DNA of 64,000 nucleotides from the human T2T-CHM13v2.0 reference genome, Homo sapiens: assembly GCA_009914755.4 (NCBI GenBank), contig CP086569.2, positions 16,512,001-16,576,000 on the forward strand, given 5' to 3'. A program made the translations under genes and the position numbers. The notes under the pieces were generated by a model, which saw nothing but the letters and a program-made list of their open reading frames with translations, was not told where the DNA came from and did no database searches. This document shows, piece by piece, positions 1 through 16,248 of the stretch; within the stretch, counting starts at the first letter, position 1, and each line of letters opens with the position of its first letter.

Positions 1-866
1 TCACATGGCAGCAACAAGGAGAAGTGCAGAGCAAAGGTAGGACAAAGCACCTTATAAAAACATAGATCTTGTGAGAACTCACTATAATGTGAGCAACGTG
101 GAGATAAACACTCTCATAATTCAATTATTCCCACTGGGTCTCTTTCATGACATGTGGGAATTATGGGGACTACAATTCAATATGAGATTTGGATGGGGAC
201 ACAGCAAAAACATATCACCATAAGAGGGCATAAGACAGCCTGGTTCCCTGTGTCACCACCAGGAGCAGCTCCAGAGAGTTGCCTGCTCAACAGGTGGCTG
301 TAACCTGAATGAGAACTAAACTGTTTTTAAATATGAGGAACTGAGATTTGGAGGTTGTTAAGTATAACATCAGCAGGAGATAATTACCTTGACTAATACA
401 AGAGGTCAGCCATACTAGATAAACCTAACATTTTATGATAATTCTTTGGATTTCAAAAAGATGCTTTGATTTACTGGTACTCTTTAAATGGAAGTTATGT
501 GCATTATCTTTAAAGGCTATCAGCTATGTGAAAGTGATAATTGAATAAAATTAAAGATAAAAATATAGTGGAGTCTACTACCAATTGACCATGGCCCTGA
601 ATTGATTGTAAGTGATTCTGCTATTCCAGTATAAATGAGCGGAGAGGCAGAGTTGATTAATTTCCACAACAAATGTAATTATTACTTAAATGTTGAGGTT
701 CTTTTTGAAACATTTCATTTTGCTTCACTGGATTCTATGAGAATAATAGATTTCAAAATATATTACACTTATTGGGGAATGATGTTATTTTTAGTGGCAG
801 TTGCAACTTTAAAATTTTTCAATGAATATATATATTACATATTTCATAGTATTATAAATACATACA

Positions 867-1193
<327 letters not shown>

Positions 1194-1419
1194 CCAGTGG
1201 ATATATTTTTTGTAATGTATTATTGAATTCCCTATAAACTTTGTCACGTTGAAATACTTTTTAAAATACTTCCCGTGCCTACATAGTAGTTCAGTAAATG
1301 CAATATTTTAGTTTCGTTAATGACATCTTGGTCTTAGGAAAAGATGAAACAATGACATAATATTTTAAGCCAAGCTATTTCTGCAATCTTTGAAATAATA
1401 CCATTGAACTTGTGTTTAA

Positions 1420-1534
1420 TATTTCCAATTAGTTCATGTGATTCTTGCATTTTGTGCTTTTTCTTCATGTGAATTAATAATTCCAATAATTAATTGGAAT
1501 TATTTCCAATTAATTTATGTGATTCTTGCATTTT
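1420..1534. repeat. Local direct repeat: 34 bp copies (tatttccaattaRtTYatgtgattcttgcatttt) at 1420-1453 and 1501-1534, flanking an AT-rich near-palindrome (aattccaat aatta attggaatt)
   Basis: Seen directly; 32/34 identity between copies; 9 bp stem in the intervening near-palindrome. Confidence 0.6.
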
Positions 1535-3508
1535 CTTTCAAAGTCAGATGGTTAACTATGTCATTAATGCAAAGTGTAGGCTCTGTGTTGAAATCTGAAG
1601 ACACTCTGCAGCAAGGTTTGCACATACTCTTGTCTACTGCCTCAGGCTGATGTGTGTGAAAGTCAGAAGTTCTATAGGAAGAAGCTGGAAAAATTCAAAG
1701 CTTGAAATAATTCAGGAAAGGGCACTGGTGGCATTTTATCTACAAGGGCAGTGCATCTGGTCTGTAACTGCTAAGAGAAAGCCGGATCAAACAGTCCATC
1801 CATTAGAGCTTGTATCAAGGTGAGCTGTTCACATTGTTACATCAGGGGCAGAGACAAAGAGAGCTCTGTAGCATATCCCATTGCACTGAAGGGGAGTAGA
1901 GGGCAGCATCTTGGGGCCACATGCAGGTGCTACAGGTGGGGATGTGGGATGGTGTTTGGTAAGTTACATGGATCCCAGACATGATTCTAAGTGCTTTAAT
2001 ATATACATCTATTTAATCTTCACTGCACATCTGCCAGATAGCTGTTATTATTTTCCTGTTACACATGAGGACCCAGGCAAAAAACTACATAAATTGCTTT
2101 ATGGTTTGATTTATGGAATGATCTTTTGGTTAATATCAAAAGAAATGGATAGATTCATGACCTTCATATATGACTGTGAATGCTATGTACTGCACAACTC
2201 CAGAGGCAGCATTAACATAATCCACAGTGGGAAGAACATTTTCTAAATTTGTGCAGTGCACAACCTGTGTCACCATATGTATCAATATCCATTAGATAAT
2301 CTTGTTGCAAAAATAGATGCCTATGTAAGTTGGACACAACTGACTACCATAGTTTGTATAGCAAAGGACACAGGAGTATGCTGTGTAAAACCCATGGATA
2401 AGTCTGTGAGTTAGTATATCAACATAAGACATTCTGAGTGGAAAAAGCAATCCAAGTGTACTGCTCATTAAAATAGAGCTCATATTAACAAAGAGTTGAT
2501 ATATTACATTAAGAAAAAATGCACAAGATTTTGTTGGTTTACTTTTCTCTGGGCATTACCATGCTGTCTGCTAAAGATTTCCAGCTCACTCTGCTGCTCA
2601 GGCACATGATAGGGCTGAACTCTGGCCTTTAGTGAACAGTAAGGAGAGATGTCACAGTCTATTTCAGAGCTACGACATCTGTTGCCAGCACTTTCTTAAA
2701 ATCCCACACAGAGGCTGGTCCCTCAGGGTGGTCTCTGAATTAAGATGACACCAAACAGAGTTCCAGATAACTCAAGAGGAATACACAGTGTGAGCAAGAA
2801 AGAAAGCTTTGTTTCTGAAGCCACTGAAACTTGGATATTGTCCATGTAGTCTAGATACATTCATCCTGAGCAACTTAGGTTACCATCCTGTTTCTGCAAA
2901 GGAATGAGTTTCGTTTTGCAAAATATTTCATTTCCTATTTTTATCCCTTAGGGAGTTTATAGCTAAGGAATGCTGGGATATTTTGGACCATGAAATATCT
3001 GAGGCTTAAACTGACTTAGAAAGATAATTTAGACAGAAGAAAGGAAAAATGAGGATGGCTTCCAGCCAGGTAAAAACAAAACCAAATGAAACTAATGTTG
3101 AGATTCACTGTATCTTCAAAAGTATACACATTTACTAACTTTTACAGAGTGAATATTAGGGAAGTTGATGGCACTTCATTTGGTAACATATTAAGCCACA
3201 TGAAAATTTAATGATTGTACAACTTCAAATCCCTTTGTTTTAACAAGTATAGCAAGACCTGCCTTTTAATGTCACTTATGTGTTTAAAATGTTTAATCCT
3301 ACTTAATTGTATGTTAATTATTTGACAATTCTTTTAAAGTAAAAAGACTACCTAGTAGTAACAATAATATTCATGTGCATGCTACTTATTAGTGCTTTGA
3401 ATACAACTAAATGGTCTTTTGACCCTTTCTTGTTTAAATTGTTTGCCTTTTTTAATCTCAATCATGCTAAGTGAATTCTGCTGTTTAAAAATTATATAGT
3501 GCTATTAT

Positions 3509-3768
3509 CTTTCTTTTTTTATTATATTTTAAGTTTTAGTGTACATGTGCACAATGTGCAGGTTAGTTATGTATGTATACATGTGCCATGTTATTGTGCT
3601 GCACCCATTAGCTCATCATTTAACATTAGGTATATCTCCTAATGCTATCCCTCCCCCCTCCCCCCACCCCACAACAGGCCTCAGTGTGTGATGCTCCCCT
3701 TCCTGTGTCCATGTGTTCTCATTCTTCAATTCCTACCTATGAGTGAGAACATGCGGTGTTTGTTTTTT
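3509..3768 (-). mobile_element. 5'-truncated LINE-1 3'-end fragment (about 260 bp, antisense) with poly-T head and 14 bp target-site duplication tatagtgctattat (3495-3508 and 3769-3782)
   Basis: Reverse complement matches the L1 ORF2 end and 3'UTR (…ATGTGCACATGTACCCTAAAACTTAAAGTATAATAA…, GGGAGGGATAGCATTAGGAGATATACCTAATG…); identical 14-mer on both flanks. Confidence 0.85.
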
Positions 3769-3994
3769 TATAGTGCTATTATTTTTCAAGACAATGTTTT
3801 AAGGGTAATTTATGTAAGCAAAAATATTTAAAATTGTATTGTATTATTCCATCACACCAAGACAATGTTAAAGCATTTCCAGGGCTATAATGGTTTCTTT
3901 CATGTAGAGTTCATTAAATTCAACAATGATGACCCTTAGAAGAGAGCTACCAACCCCAAATGAGACAAGGACTTCGGTGTAAATATGGGAGAAG

Positions 3995-4055
3995 GGAATG
4001 GCAAGGCAAGAGAAAGGTGAGTAGGAGACATAGAGGCAAACCTTAGTTATCCCAT
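3995..4055. repeat. Copy 1 of a ~60-65 bp dispersed direct repeat (perfect 33-mer core caagagaaaggtgagtaggagacatagaggcaa at 4007-4039); copy 2 at 4452-4512
   Basis: Perfect 33 bp identity plus imperfect extensions on both sides; copies 457 bp apart. Confidence 0.7.
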
Positions 4056-4451
4056 GTCTGTTTACGGTGCAGTTTTCTTAAAGGTGTGAAATAGAGGGCG
4101 AGAGAACCAACATGCTATCAGTCTCAGGGTGACAGTTACCCTGTAATAGTCTATCTTCAATTATCTTAGATAGTGCTTGAATGATTCCATTCTAATGACT
4201 ATTTAATCTCCAGGGCAGAGAAAAGAACCAGAATTTCATATCCTCACCCCTCACTGTCTTGTATGTCTAAAATATGCAGCGGTCTAATGTCACCTAATCA
4301 CTTACCATGGCATGAAAAAATACATATTTCTCTGCAGAAGATCATTTCAGTGCTTCCCTGCTCCACAGAAGCTTTCTAAGAATAAGATAAATCCCTTTTG
4401 GAGATGCAGACATTTATTCTAGGAAATGACAGTGCTCTTGAATTATCTTTC

Positions 4452-4512
4452 AATGGGATCTGGCAAGAGAAAGGTGAGTAGGAGACATAGAGGCAAGACA
4501 TAGCTGTCCCTA
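4452..4512. repeat. Copy 2 of the 3995-4055 direct repeat (core 4464-4496); its 5' edge gggatctggcaaga (4455-4468) is also identical to the first 14 nt of the downstream L1 5'UTR (4865-4878)
   Basis: Seen directly. Confidence 0.7.
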
Positions 4513-6428
4513 AAAGCTAAATGGCTTGATTTCCTTTCTAGAATTTAATGGCAATGACAAATCTATTTTTTGCTTCAGCCCAGGCAGCTATGTTAATGGG
4601 TACTCTGTGAGTGACAAAGACACTTAGCACTACCCATCCATTTTCAAACCTTTAGTAAGCAGCCTGGAGTTAGATCTGTCCACTTTCCTTCTGTTGTACA
4701 TCAAGACTAACCTCAATGGCTAAGCTTCCAATCTCACCCTTTTGCATTATAACTGTAGAAAAATGCATACAATGGAAGAAAAAAGATTACACTCTGTGAA
4801 TTCACATTGCCCTACATCTCCAACTTTGACGATTAAGATTCAACACAAAATAATTCAGTTCTGGGGGATCTGGCAAGATGGACAAATAGGAACAGCTCCA
4901 GTCTGCAGCTCCCAGTGAGATCAATGAAGAAGGTGGGTTATTTCCACAATTCCAACTGAGGTACTTGGTTCATCTCACTGGGACTGGTTACACAGTGGAT
5001 GCAGCCCATGGAGGGTGAGCAGAAGCAGGATGGGGTGTCGCCTCTCCCAGGAAGTGCAAGGAGTGTGGGGAACTCCCTTTCCCAGCAATGGGAAGCCATG
5101 AGGGACTGTGCTATCCAGCCCAGATTCTAAGCTTTTCCCATGGTTTTTACAACCAGAAGATCACGAGAGTCCCTCGTGTGCCTACATCACCAGGGCCCTT
5201 GGTTTGAAGAACGAAACTAGGTGCGTTTGGACGCACACCAAGCTAGCTACAGGAGTTTTTTTCCATACACCAGTGGCATCTGCAACCCCAGCAAGACAGA
5301 ACAATTCACTCCACTGGAAAGAGGACTGAAACCGAAGAACCAAGTGGTCTTGTTCAGCAGATCCCACTCCCACAGAGCCCAGCAAGCTAAGAACCACTGG
5401 CTTGAAATTCTTGCTACTGGGGGTGGAGCCAAGATGGCCAAACAGGAACAGCTCCAGTCTACAGCTCCTAGCATGAGTTATGCAGAAGACAAGCAATTTC
5501 TGCATTTCCAACTGAGGTAATGGGCTCATCTCACTGGGGAGTGACGGACACAGTGGGTGCATCACACTGTGTGTGAGCCAAAGCAAGGCAAGGCATTGCC
5601 TCCCTGGGAAGTGCAAGGGATCAGGGAATTCCCTTTCCTGGCCAAAGAAAGGGGTGAGAGAAGGCACATGGGAAATCAATTCACTCCCACCCTAATATGG
5701 CCCTTTTCCAATGGTCTCAGCACATGGCACACCAGGAGATTATATCCCACACATGGCTTGGAGCATCCTACACCCATGGAGCCTCACTCATTGCTACCAC
5801 AGCAGTCTGAGATCAAACTGCAAGGCTGCAGCGAGTCTGAAGAAGGGGCGCCCACCATTACTGAGGCTTGAGTAGGTAAAGCAGCTGGGAAGCTCAAACT
5901 GGGTGGAGCCCACTGCAGCTCAAGGAGGCCTGCCTGCCTCTGTAAACTCCACCTCTGGGGGCAGGGCATAGCCAAACAAAAGGCAGCAGAAACCTCTGCA
6001 GACATAATTGTCCCTATCTGACAGCTTTGAAGAGAGTGGTGGTTCTTCCAGCCTGCAGCTGGAGATCTGAGAACAGACAGACTGCCTCCTCAAGTGGGAC
6101 TCTGACCCTAAGTAGTCTAACTGGGAGGTACCCCCCAGTAGGGGCAGACTGACACCTCACACGGCCGTGTACTCCTCTGAGACAAAACTTCCAGAGGAAT
6201 GATTAGGCAGCAACATTTGCTGTTCACCAATATCCACTGTTCTGCAGCCTCCACTGCTGATACCCAGGCAAACAGGGTCTGGAGTGGACCTCCAGCAAAT
6301 TCCAACAGACCTGCAGCTGAGGGTCCTGACTGTTAGAAGGAAAACTAACAAACAGAAAGGACGTCCACACCAAACTCCCATCTGTACATCACCATCATCA
6401 AAGAAAAAAGGTACATAAAACCACAAAG

Positions 6429-7490
6429 ATCGGGAAAAAACAGAGCAGAAAAACGAAAACTCTAAAAATCAGAGCACCTCTCCCCCTCCAAAGGAACGCA
6501 GTTCCTCACCAGCAATGCAACAAAGCTGGATGGAGAATGACTTTGATGAGTTGAGAGAAGAAGGCTTCAGATGATCAAACTACTCCGAGCTAAAGGACGA
6601 AGTTCAAACCCATGGCAAATAAGTTAAAAACATTGAAAAAAAATTACATGAATGGCTAACTAGAATAATCAATGCAGTGAAGTCCTTTTAAAGGACCTGA
6701 TGGAGCTGAAAATCAGGGCACAAGAACTACGTTACGATTGCACAAGCCTCAGTAGCCAATTCAATCAAATGGAAGAAAGGGTATCAGTGATGGAAGATCA
6801 AATGAATGAAATAAAGCAGGAAGAGAAGTTTACAGAAAAAAATAAAAAGAAATGAACAAAGCCTCCAAGAAATATGGGACATGTGAAAAGACCAAATCTA
6901 CATCTGATTGGTGTACCTGAAAGTGATGAGGAGAATGGAATCAAGTTGGAAAACACTCTGCAGGATATTATCCAGGAGAACTTCCCCAACCTAGCAAGGC
7001 AGGCCAACATTCAAATTCAGGAAATACAGGGAACACCACAAAGATACTCCTCAAGAAGAGCAACTCCAAGACACATAATCGTCAGATTCACCAAAGTGGA
7101 AATGAAGGAAAAAATGTTAAGAGCCGCCAGAGAGAAAGGTCTGGTTACCCACAAAGGGAAGCCCATCAGACTAACAGCTGATCTCCTGGCAGAAACTCTG
7201 CAAGCCAGAGAGAGTGGGGGCCAATATTCAACATTCTTAAAGAAAATAATTTTCAACCCAGAATTTCATATCCATCCAAATTAAGCTTCATAAGTGAAGG
7301 AGAAATAAAATACTTTACAGACAAGCAAATGCTGAGAGATTTTGTCACCACCAGGCCTGACCTAAAAGAGCTCCTGAAGGAAGCACTAAACATGGAAAGG
7401 AACAACTGGTTAACACCCACTGCAAAAACATGCCCAATTGTAAATACCGTCGAGGCTAGGAAGAAACTGCATCAACTAATGAGCAAAATA
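6429..7490 (+). pseudogene. L1 ORF1 (ORF1p, RNA-binding chaperone) remnant; initiator ATG mutated to ATC (cacaaagATCggg at about 6429) and several in-frame stops in the coiled-coil region
   Basis: Alignment by eye to L1 ORF1 (MGKKQNRKTGNSKTQSASPPPKERSSSPATEQSWMENDFDELREEGFRRSN…) read from 6429; stops at about 6573 and 6620; clean reading only from 6874. Confidence 0.8.
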
Positions 7491-7506
7491 ACCAGCTAAC
7501 ATCATA

Positions 7507-11343
<3,837 letters not shown>

Positions 11344-13649
11344 ACAATGAGAACACATGGACACAGGAAGGGGAACATCACACACTAGGGCCTGTTGCAG
11401 GGTGCAGGGAGTGGGGAGGGATAGCATTAGGAGATATACCTAAGGTTAAATGACGAGTTAATGGGTGCAGCACACCAATATGGCCCGTGTATATGTACAA
11501 AAATCCTGCATGTTTTGTACATTTACCCTAAAACTTAAAGTATATTAAATATATATATCTATATATTGCAACCAGCACAACAGTCTGAAGTCCAGATGGG
11601 ACTATCATGCTTCGTGCAGGGAGGGGTATCCACCACTACTTAGGATTCAGTAGGTGGTTTTTCCCTCATAGTGTTAAGGAAGGTGCAAGAAAGTTCAGCC
11701 TGGGTGGAACTCACTGCAGCACAGCAAAGTGGCTATGGCCGGAGTGCCTCTCTAGATTTCTCCTCACTAGGTGGGACATCTCTGGAAAAAATGCAGCAGC
11801 CCCAGTCAGGTGCTTATAGATAAAATCCTATCTCCTTGGGACAGAGAATCTGGAGGAAGGTGTGACTGTGGGCACATCTTCAGCAAACTTAAAAGGTTGA
11901 TGCCTGCAGGCTCTGAAGAGAGTAGCAGATCTACCTGCACAGCACTTGAGTTCTACTGAGGGACAAAGTGCCTCTTCAAGTTGGTCCCTGACCCCCGTGC
12001 CTCCTGACTGGGAGACATCTCACAGGGGAAGTCAACAGACACCTTATACAGGAGAGCTCTGGCTGGCATCTGATGGATGCCCCTTTGGGGTGAAGAGTCC
12101 AGAGGAAGGAGCAGGCAGCAATCTTTGTTGTTCTACAGCCTCTGCTGGTGATACCCATGCAAACGGGGTTTGGAGTGGACCTCCAGCAGACTTGCAGAAG
12201 AGGGACCTGACTGTTATAAAGAAAACTAAAATTCAAAGCAATCACAACAACATCAAGAGAAAGGACGTCCCCACAAAAACCACATCCAAAGGTCATCAGC
12301 ATCAAATATCAGAGGTGGCTAAATCCATGAAGATGAGGAAAAACCAGTGCAAAGTGCTGAAAATTCTAAAAACCAGAATGCCTCTTCTGCAAATGATCAC
12401 AACCCCTCTTCAGCAATGGCACAAAACTGCATGGAGAATGAGCTTCAGGGATTGACAGAAGTTGGCTTCAGATGTTGGATAATGATAAACTCTGCTGTAC
12501 TAAAGGAGCATGTTCTAACCCAATGAAAGGAAACTAAGAACCTTGATAAAAGGTTAAAGGAACTGCTAACTAAAACAGCCAGTTTAGAGAAGAACATAAA
12601 TTACCTGATGAAGCTGAAAAACACACAATGAGAACTTCATGAACCATACACAAGTATCAATAACTGAATCAATCAAGTGGAAGAAAGGATATCAGAGATT
12701 GAAGATCAACTTAATGAAACAAAGGGTGAAGACATGTTTAGAGAAAAAACAAAGAAATATGAGACTATGGTAAAGACCAAACCTACAATTGATTGGTGTA
12801 CCTGAAAGTGACCAGGAGATTTCCCAAGCTGGAAAACACACTTCAGGATATTATCCAGGAGAACTTCCAAAACCTAGCAGGGAAAACCCAACATTCAAAT
12901 TCAGGAAACACAGAGAACACCACTAAGATGCTTCATGAGAAGAGCAACCCCAAGACATGTAATTGTCAGATTCTCCAAGAATGAAATGAAGGAAAAAAAT
13001 ATTAAGGGCAGCCAGAGAGAAAGGTCAGGTTACCATAAAGAGAAGCCCATCAGAATAACTGTGAATTTCTCTGCAGGAACCCTACAAGCCAGAAAAGAGT
13101 AGGGGCCAATATTCAGCATTCTTAAAGAAAACAATTTTCAACCCAAAATTTCATATCCAGCCAAATTAAGCCTCATAAGTGAAGGAGAAACAAAATCCTT
13201 TCTAGACAAGCAAATGCTGAGGGATTTTTTCACCACCAGGCCTACCTTACAAGAGCTCCTGAAGGAACCACCAAATATGGAAAGGAAAAACCAGTACCAG
13301 CCACTGCAAAAACATACCGAAATATAAACAGCAAAGACACTATGAAGAAACTGCAACAACTAATGTCCGAAATCTAAACAGCAATGACACTATGAAGAAA
13401 TAGCATCAACTAATGTCCAAAATAATCAGCTAGCATCATGATGACAGGATCAAATTCACACATAACAATATTAACCTTAAATGTCAATGGGCTAAATGCC
13501 CCAATTAAAAGACACATACTGGCAACTTTTTTTTAAAAAAGTCGAGATGAATTGGTGTTCTGTAATTTGGAGACCCATCTCATCTGGAAAGATGTAGATA
13601 GGCTCAAAATAAAGGGATGCAAGAGTATTTACCAAGAAAATGGAAAGGC

Positions 13650-13652
<3 letters not shown>

Positions 13653-13678
<26 letters not shown>
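13653..13678. repeat. Poly(A) 26-mer: expansion of the short A-run in L1 ORF2
   Basis: Seen directly. Confidence 0.95.
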
Positions 13679-13680
<2 letters not shown>

Positions 13681-15077
13681 GACGTTGCAAACCTCATCTC
13701 TGATAAAACAGAGTTTAAAGTAAAAAGATCGAAAAAGACAAAGAAGGGCATCACATAATGGTGAAGAGATCGATGCACCAAGAAGAGCTAACTATTCTAA
13801 ATATATATGCATGCAATACAGGAGCACCCAAATTCATAAAACAAGTTTTTAGAGACCTACAAAGAGACTTAGACTCCCATATAATAATAGCGGAAGACTT
13901 TAACACCCCATTGTCAATATTAGACAGATCAAAGAGACAGAAAATTAACAAGGATATTCAGGACTTGCATTCAGTTCTGACCTAGTGGACCTAATAGACA
14001 TTTACAGAACTCTCCACGCGAAATGAACAGAATATACATTCTTCTTAGTACCATATCGCACTTATTCTAAAATCAACCACATAATAGGAAGTAAAACATT
14101 CTTTGGCAAATTCAGAATGCAAAGCATAACAAATAGTGACTCAAACCACATAACTGAAGCAGATAGAGACCAAAAATCCCTTAAAAAGATCAATGAATCC
14201 AGAAGCTGGTTTTTTGAAAAGATGAACTAAATAGATAGAATGCTAGCTAGACTAATAAAAAAGAAAAGAGGGAAGAGTCAAATATACACACTAAAAAATG
14301 ATGAAGGGATATCACTACTTATCTCCCAGAAATACAAACTACCATCAGATTGTACTATAAACACCTCCATGCAAATGAACTAGAAAATCTGGAAGACATT
14401 GATGAATTTCTGTACACATACACCCTCCCAGGAAGAAGTGGAATCCCTGAATAGACCCATAACAAGTTCTGAAATTGAGACAGCAATTAATAGCTTACCA
14501 ACCAAAAAAAGACCAGGTCCAGAAGAATTCAGTCCAATTCTACCAGAGGTTCAAAGAGGAATAGGTACCTTTTCTTCTGAAACCATTCCAAGCGATAGAA
14601 AAAAAAAAAGGGAATACTCCCTAACTCATATTATGAGGCCAGTGTCATTCTGTTACCAAAATCTGGCAGAGATACAACAAAAAAAGAAATTTTCTGGCCA
14701 ATGTCCCTGATGAATATTGATGCAAAAATCCTCAATAAAATACTGGCAAACTTAATCTAGCAGCACATCAAAAAGTTTATCCACCACAATCAATTTGGCT
14801 TCATCCCGGGGATGCAAGCCTGGTTCAACATCTACAAATCAAAAAATGTAATCAATTACATAAATTGAACCAATGACAAAAATCACATGACTATTTCAAT
14901 AGATGCAGAAAAGGCCTTCAATAAAATTCAACAGCTCCTCATGCTAAAAACACTCAGTAAACTAGGAATTGAGGGAAGATATCTCAATATAATGGGAGCT
15001 ATTCATGACAAACTCATATTCAATAGCACACAGAATAGACAAAAGCTGGAAGCATTCCTTTTGAAAACAGGTACATA

Positions 15078-16183
15078 TAAAACCATAACAACCCTAGAAG
15101 AAAACCTGGGCAATACCATTCAGGACATAGGCATGGGCAAGGACTTCATGTCTAAAACACCAAAAGCCAAAATTAACAAATGGCATCTAATTAAACTAAG
15201 GAGTTTCTGCACAGCAAAATAAACTACCATCAGAGTGAACAGACAACCTATGGAATGGGAGAAAATTTTTGCAATCTACTCTTCTGACAAAGGGCTAATA
15301 TCCAGAGTCTACAAAGAACTCAAACAAATTTACGAGAAAAAAACAAACAACCCTATCAACAAGTGGGCAAAGTATATGAACAAACATTTCTCAAAAGAAG
15401 ACATTTATGCAGCCAACAGACACATGAAAAAAATGCTCATCATTGCTCGCCATCAGAGAAATGCAAATCAAAACTGCAATGAGATATCATCTCACACCAG
15501 TTAGAATGACGATCATTAAAAGTCAGGAAACAGCAGGTGCTGGAGAGGATGTGGAGAAGTAGGAACACTTTTACGTTGTTCGTAGGACTAGGCAAACTAG
15601 TTCAACAATTGTGGAAGACAGTGTGGTGATTCCTCAAGGATCTATAACTAGAAATACCATTTGGCTCAGCCATCCCATTACTGGGTATATATCCAAAGAA
15701 TTATAAATCATGCTGCTATAAAGGCACACATACACGTATATTTATTGTGGCACTATTCACAGTAGTAAAGACTTGGAACCAACCCAAGTGTCCATCAATG
15801 ATAGACTGGATTAAGAAAATGTGGCACATATACACCATGGAATACTATGCAGCCATAAAAAAGGATGAATTCATGTCCATTGTAGGGACATGGATGAAGC
15901 TGGAAACCGTCATTCTCAGCAAACTATAGCAAGAACAAAAAACCAAACACCACATGTTCTCACTCATAGGTGGGAATTAAACAGTGAGAACACTTGGACA
16001 CAGGAAGGGGAACCTCACACACTGGAGCCTTTTGTGGGGTGGGAGAAGGGGGGAGAGAAAGCATTAGGAGATACACCTAATGTAAATGACAAGTTAATGG
16101 GTGCAGCACACCAACTTGGCCCATGTATACATATGTAACAAACCTGCACGTTGTGCACATGTACCATAGAACTTGAAGTATAA

Positions 16184-16222
<39 letters not shown>

Positions 16223-16248
16223 AATTGAAAATCAAGAATTAAAAAAAA
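15078..16248 (+). mobile_element. Nested 5'-truncated L1PA-type LINE-1 (3' 1.17 kb: ORF2 C-terminal third, 3'UTR, (TAAA)n/poly-A tail), inserted into the older L1; TSD gaaaacaggtaYata at 15063-15077 and 16249-16263
   Basis: Starts at ORF2 …[30 protein letters not shown]… and ends with an L1PA-type 3' end (CTCACTCATAGGTGGGAATTAAACAGTGAGAACACTTGGACACAGGAAGGGGAAC…) then (aataa)n at 16185-16225 and an A-run. Direct repeats of 13/15 identical nt flank it. Host-L1 coordinates are exactly contiguous across the insert. Confidence 0.85.

Noticed and set aside
1420-1534. 34 bp direct repeats flanking an AT-rich near-palindrome, considered as a possible tiny transposon (TIR plus TSD) footprint
   Set aside because: The intervening 47 bp has no recognisable terminal inverted repeats beyond a 9 bp AT-rich stem. 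This is most likely a local slippage duplication in low-complexity sequence.
5182-5679. 165 aa minus-strand ORF inside the L1 5'UTR, superficially reminiscent of the primate-specific antisense L1 ORF0
   Set aside because: It lies in the diverged first 5'UTR block of an old, inactive element, the GC-rich 5'UTR gives long ORFs on both strands, and there is no conserved ORF0 start context that I can verify. Treated as a chance ORF.
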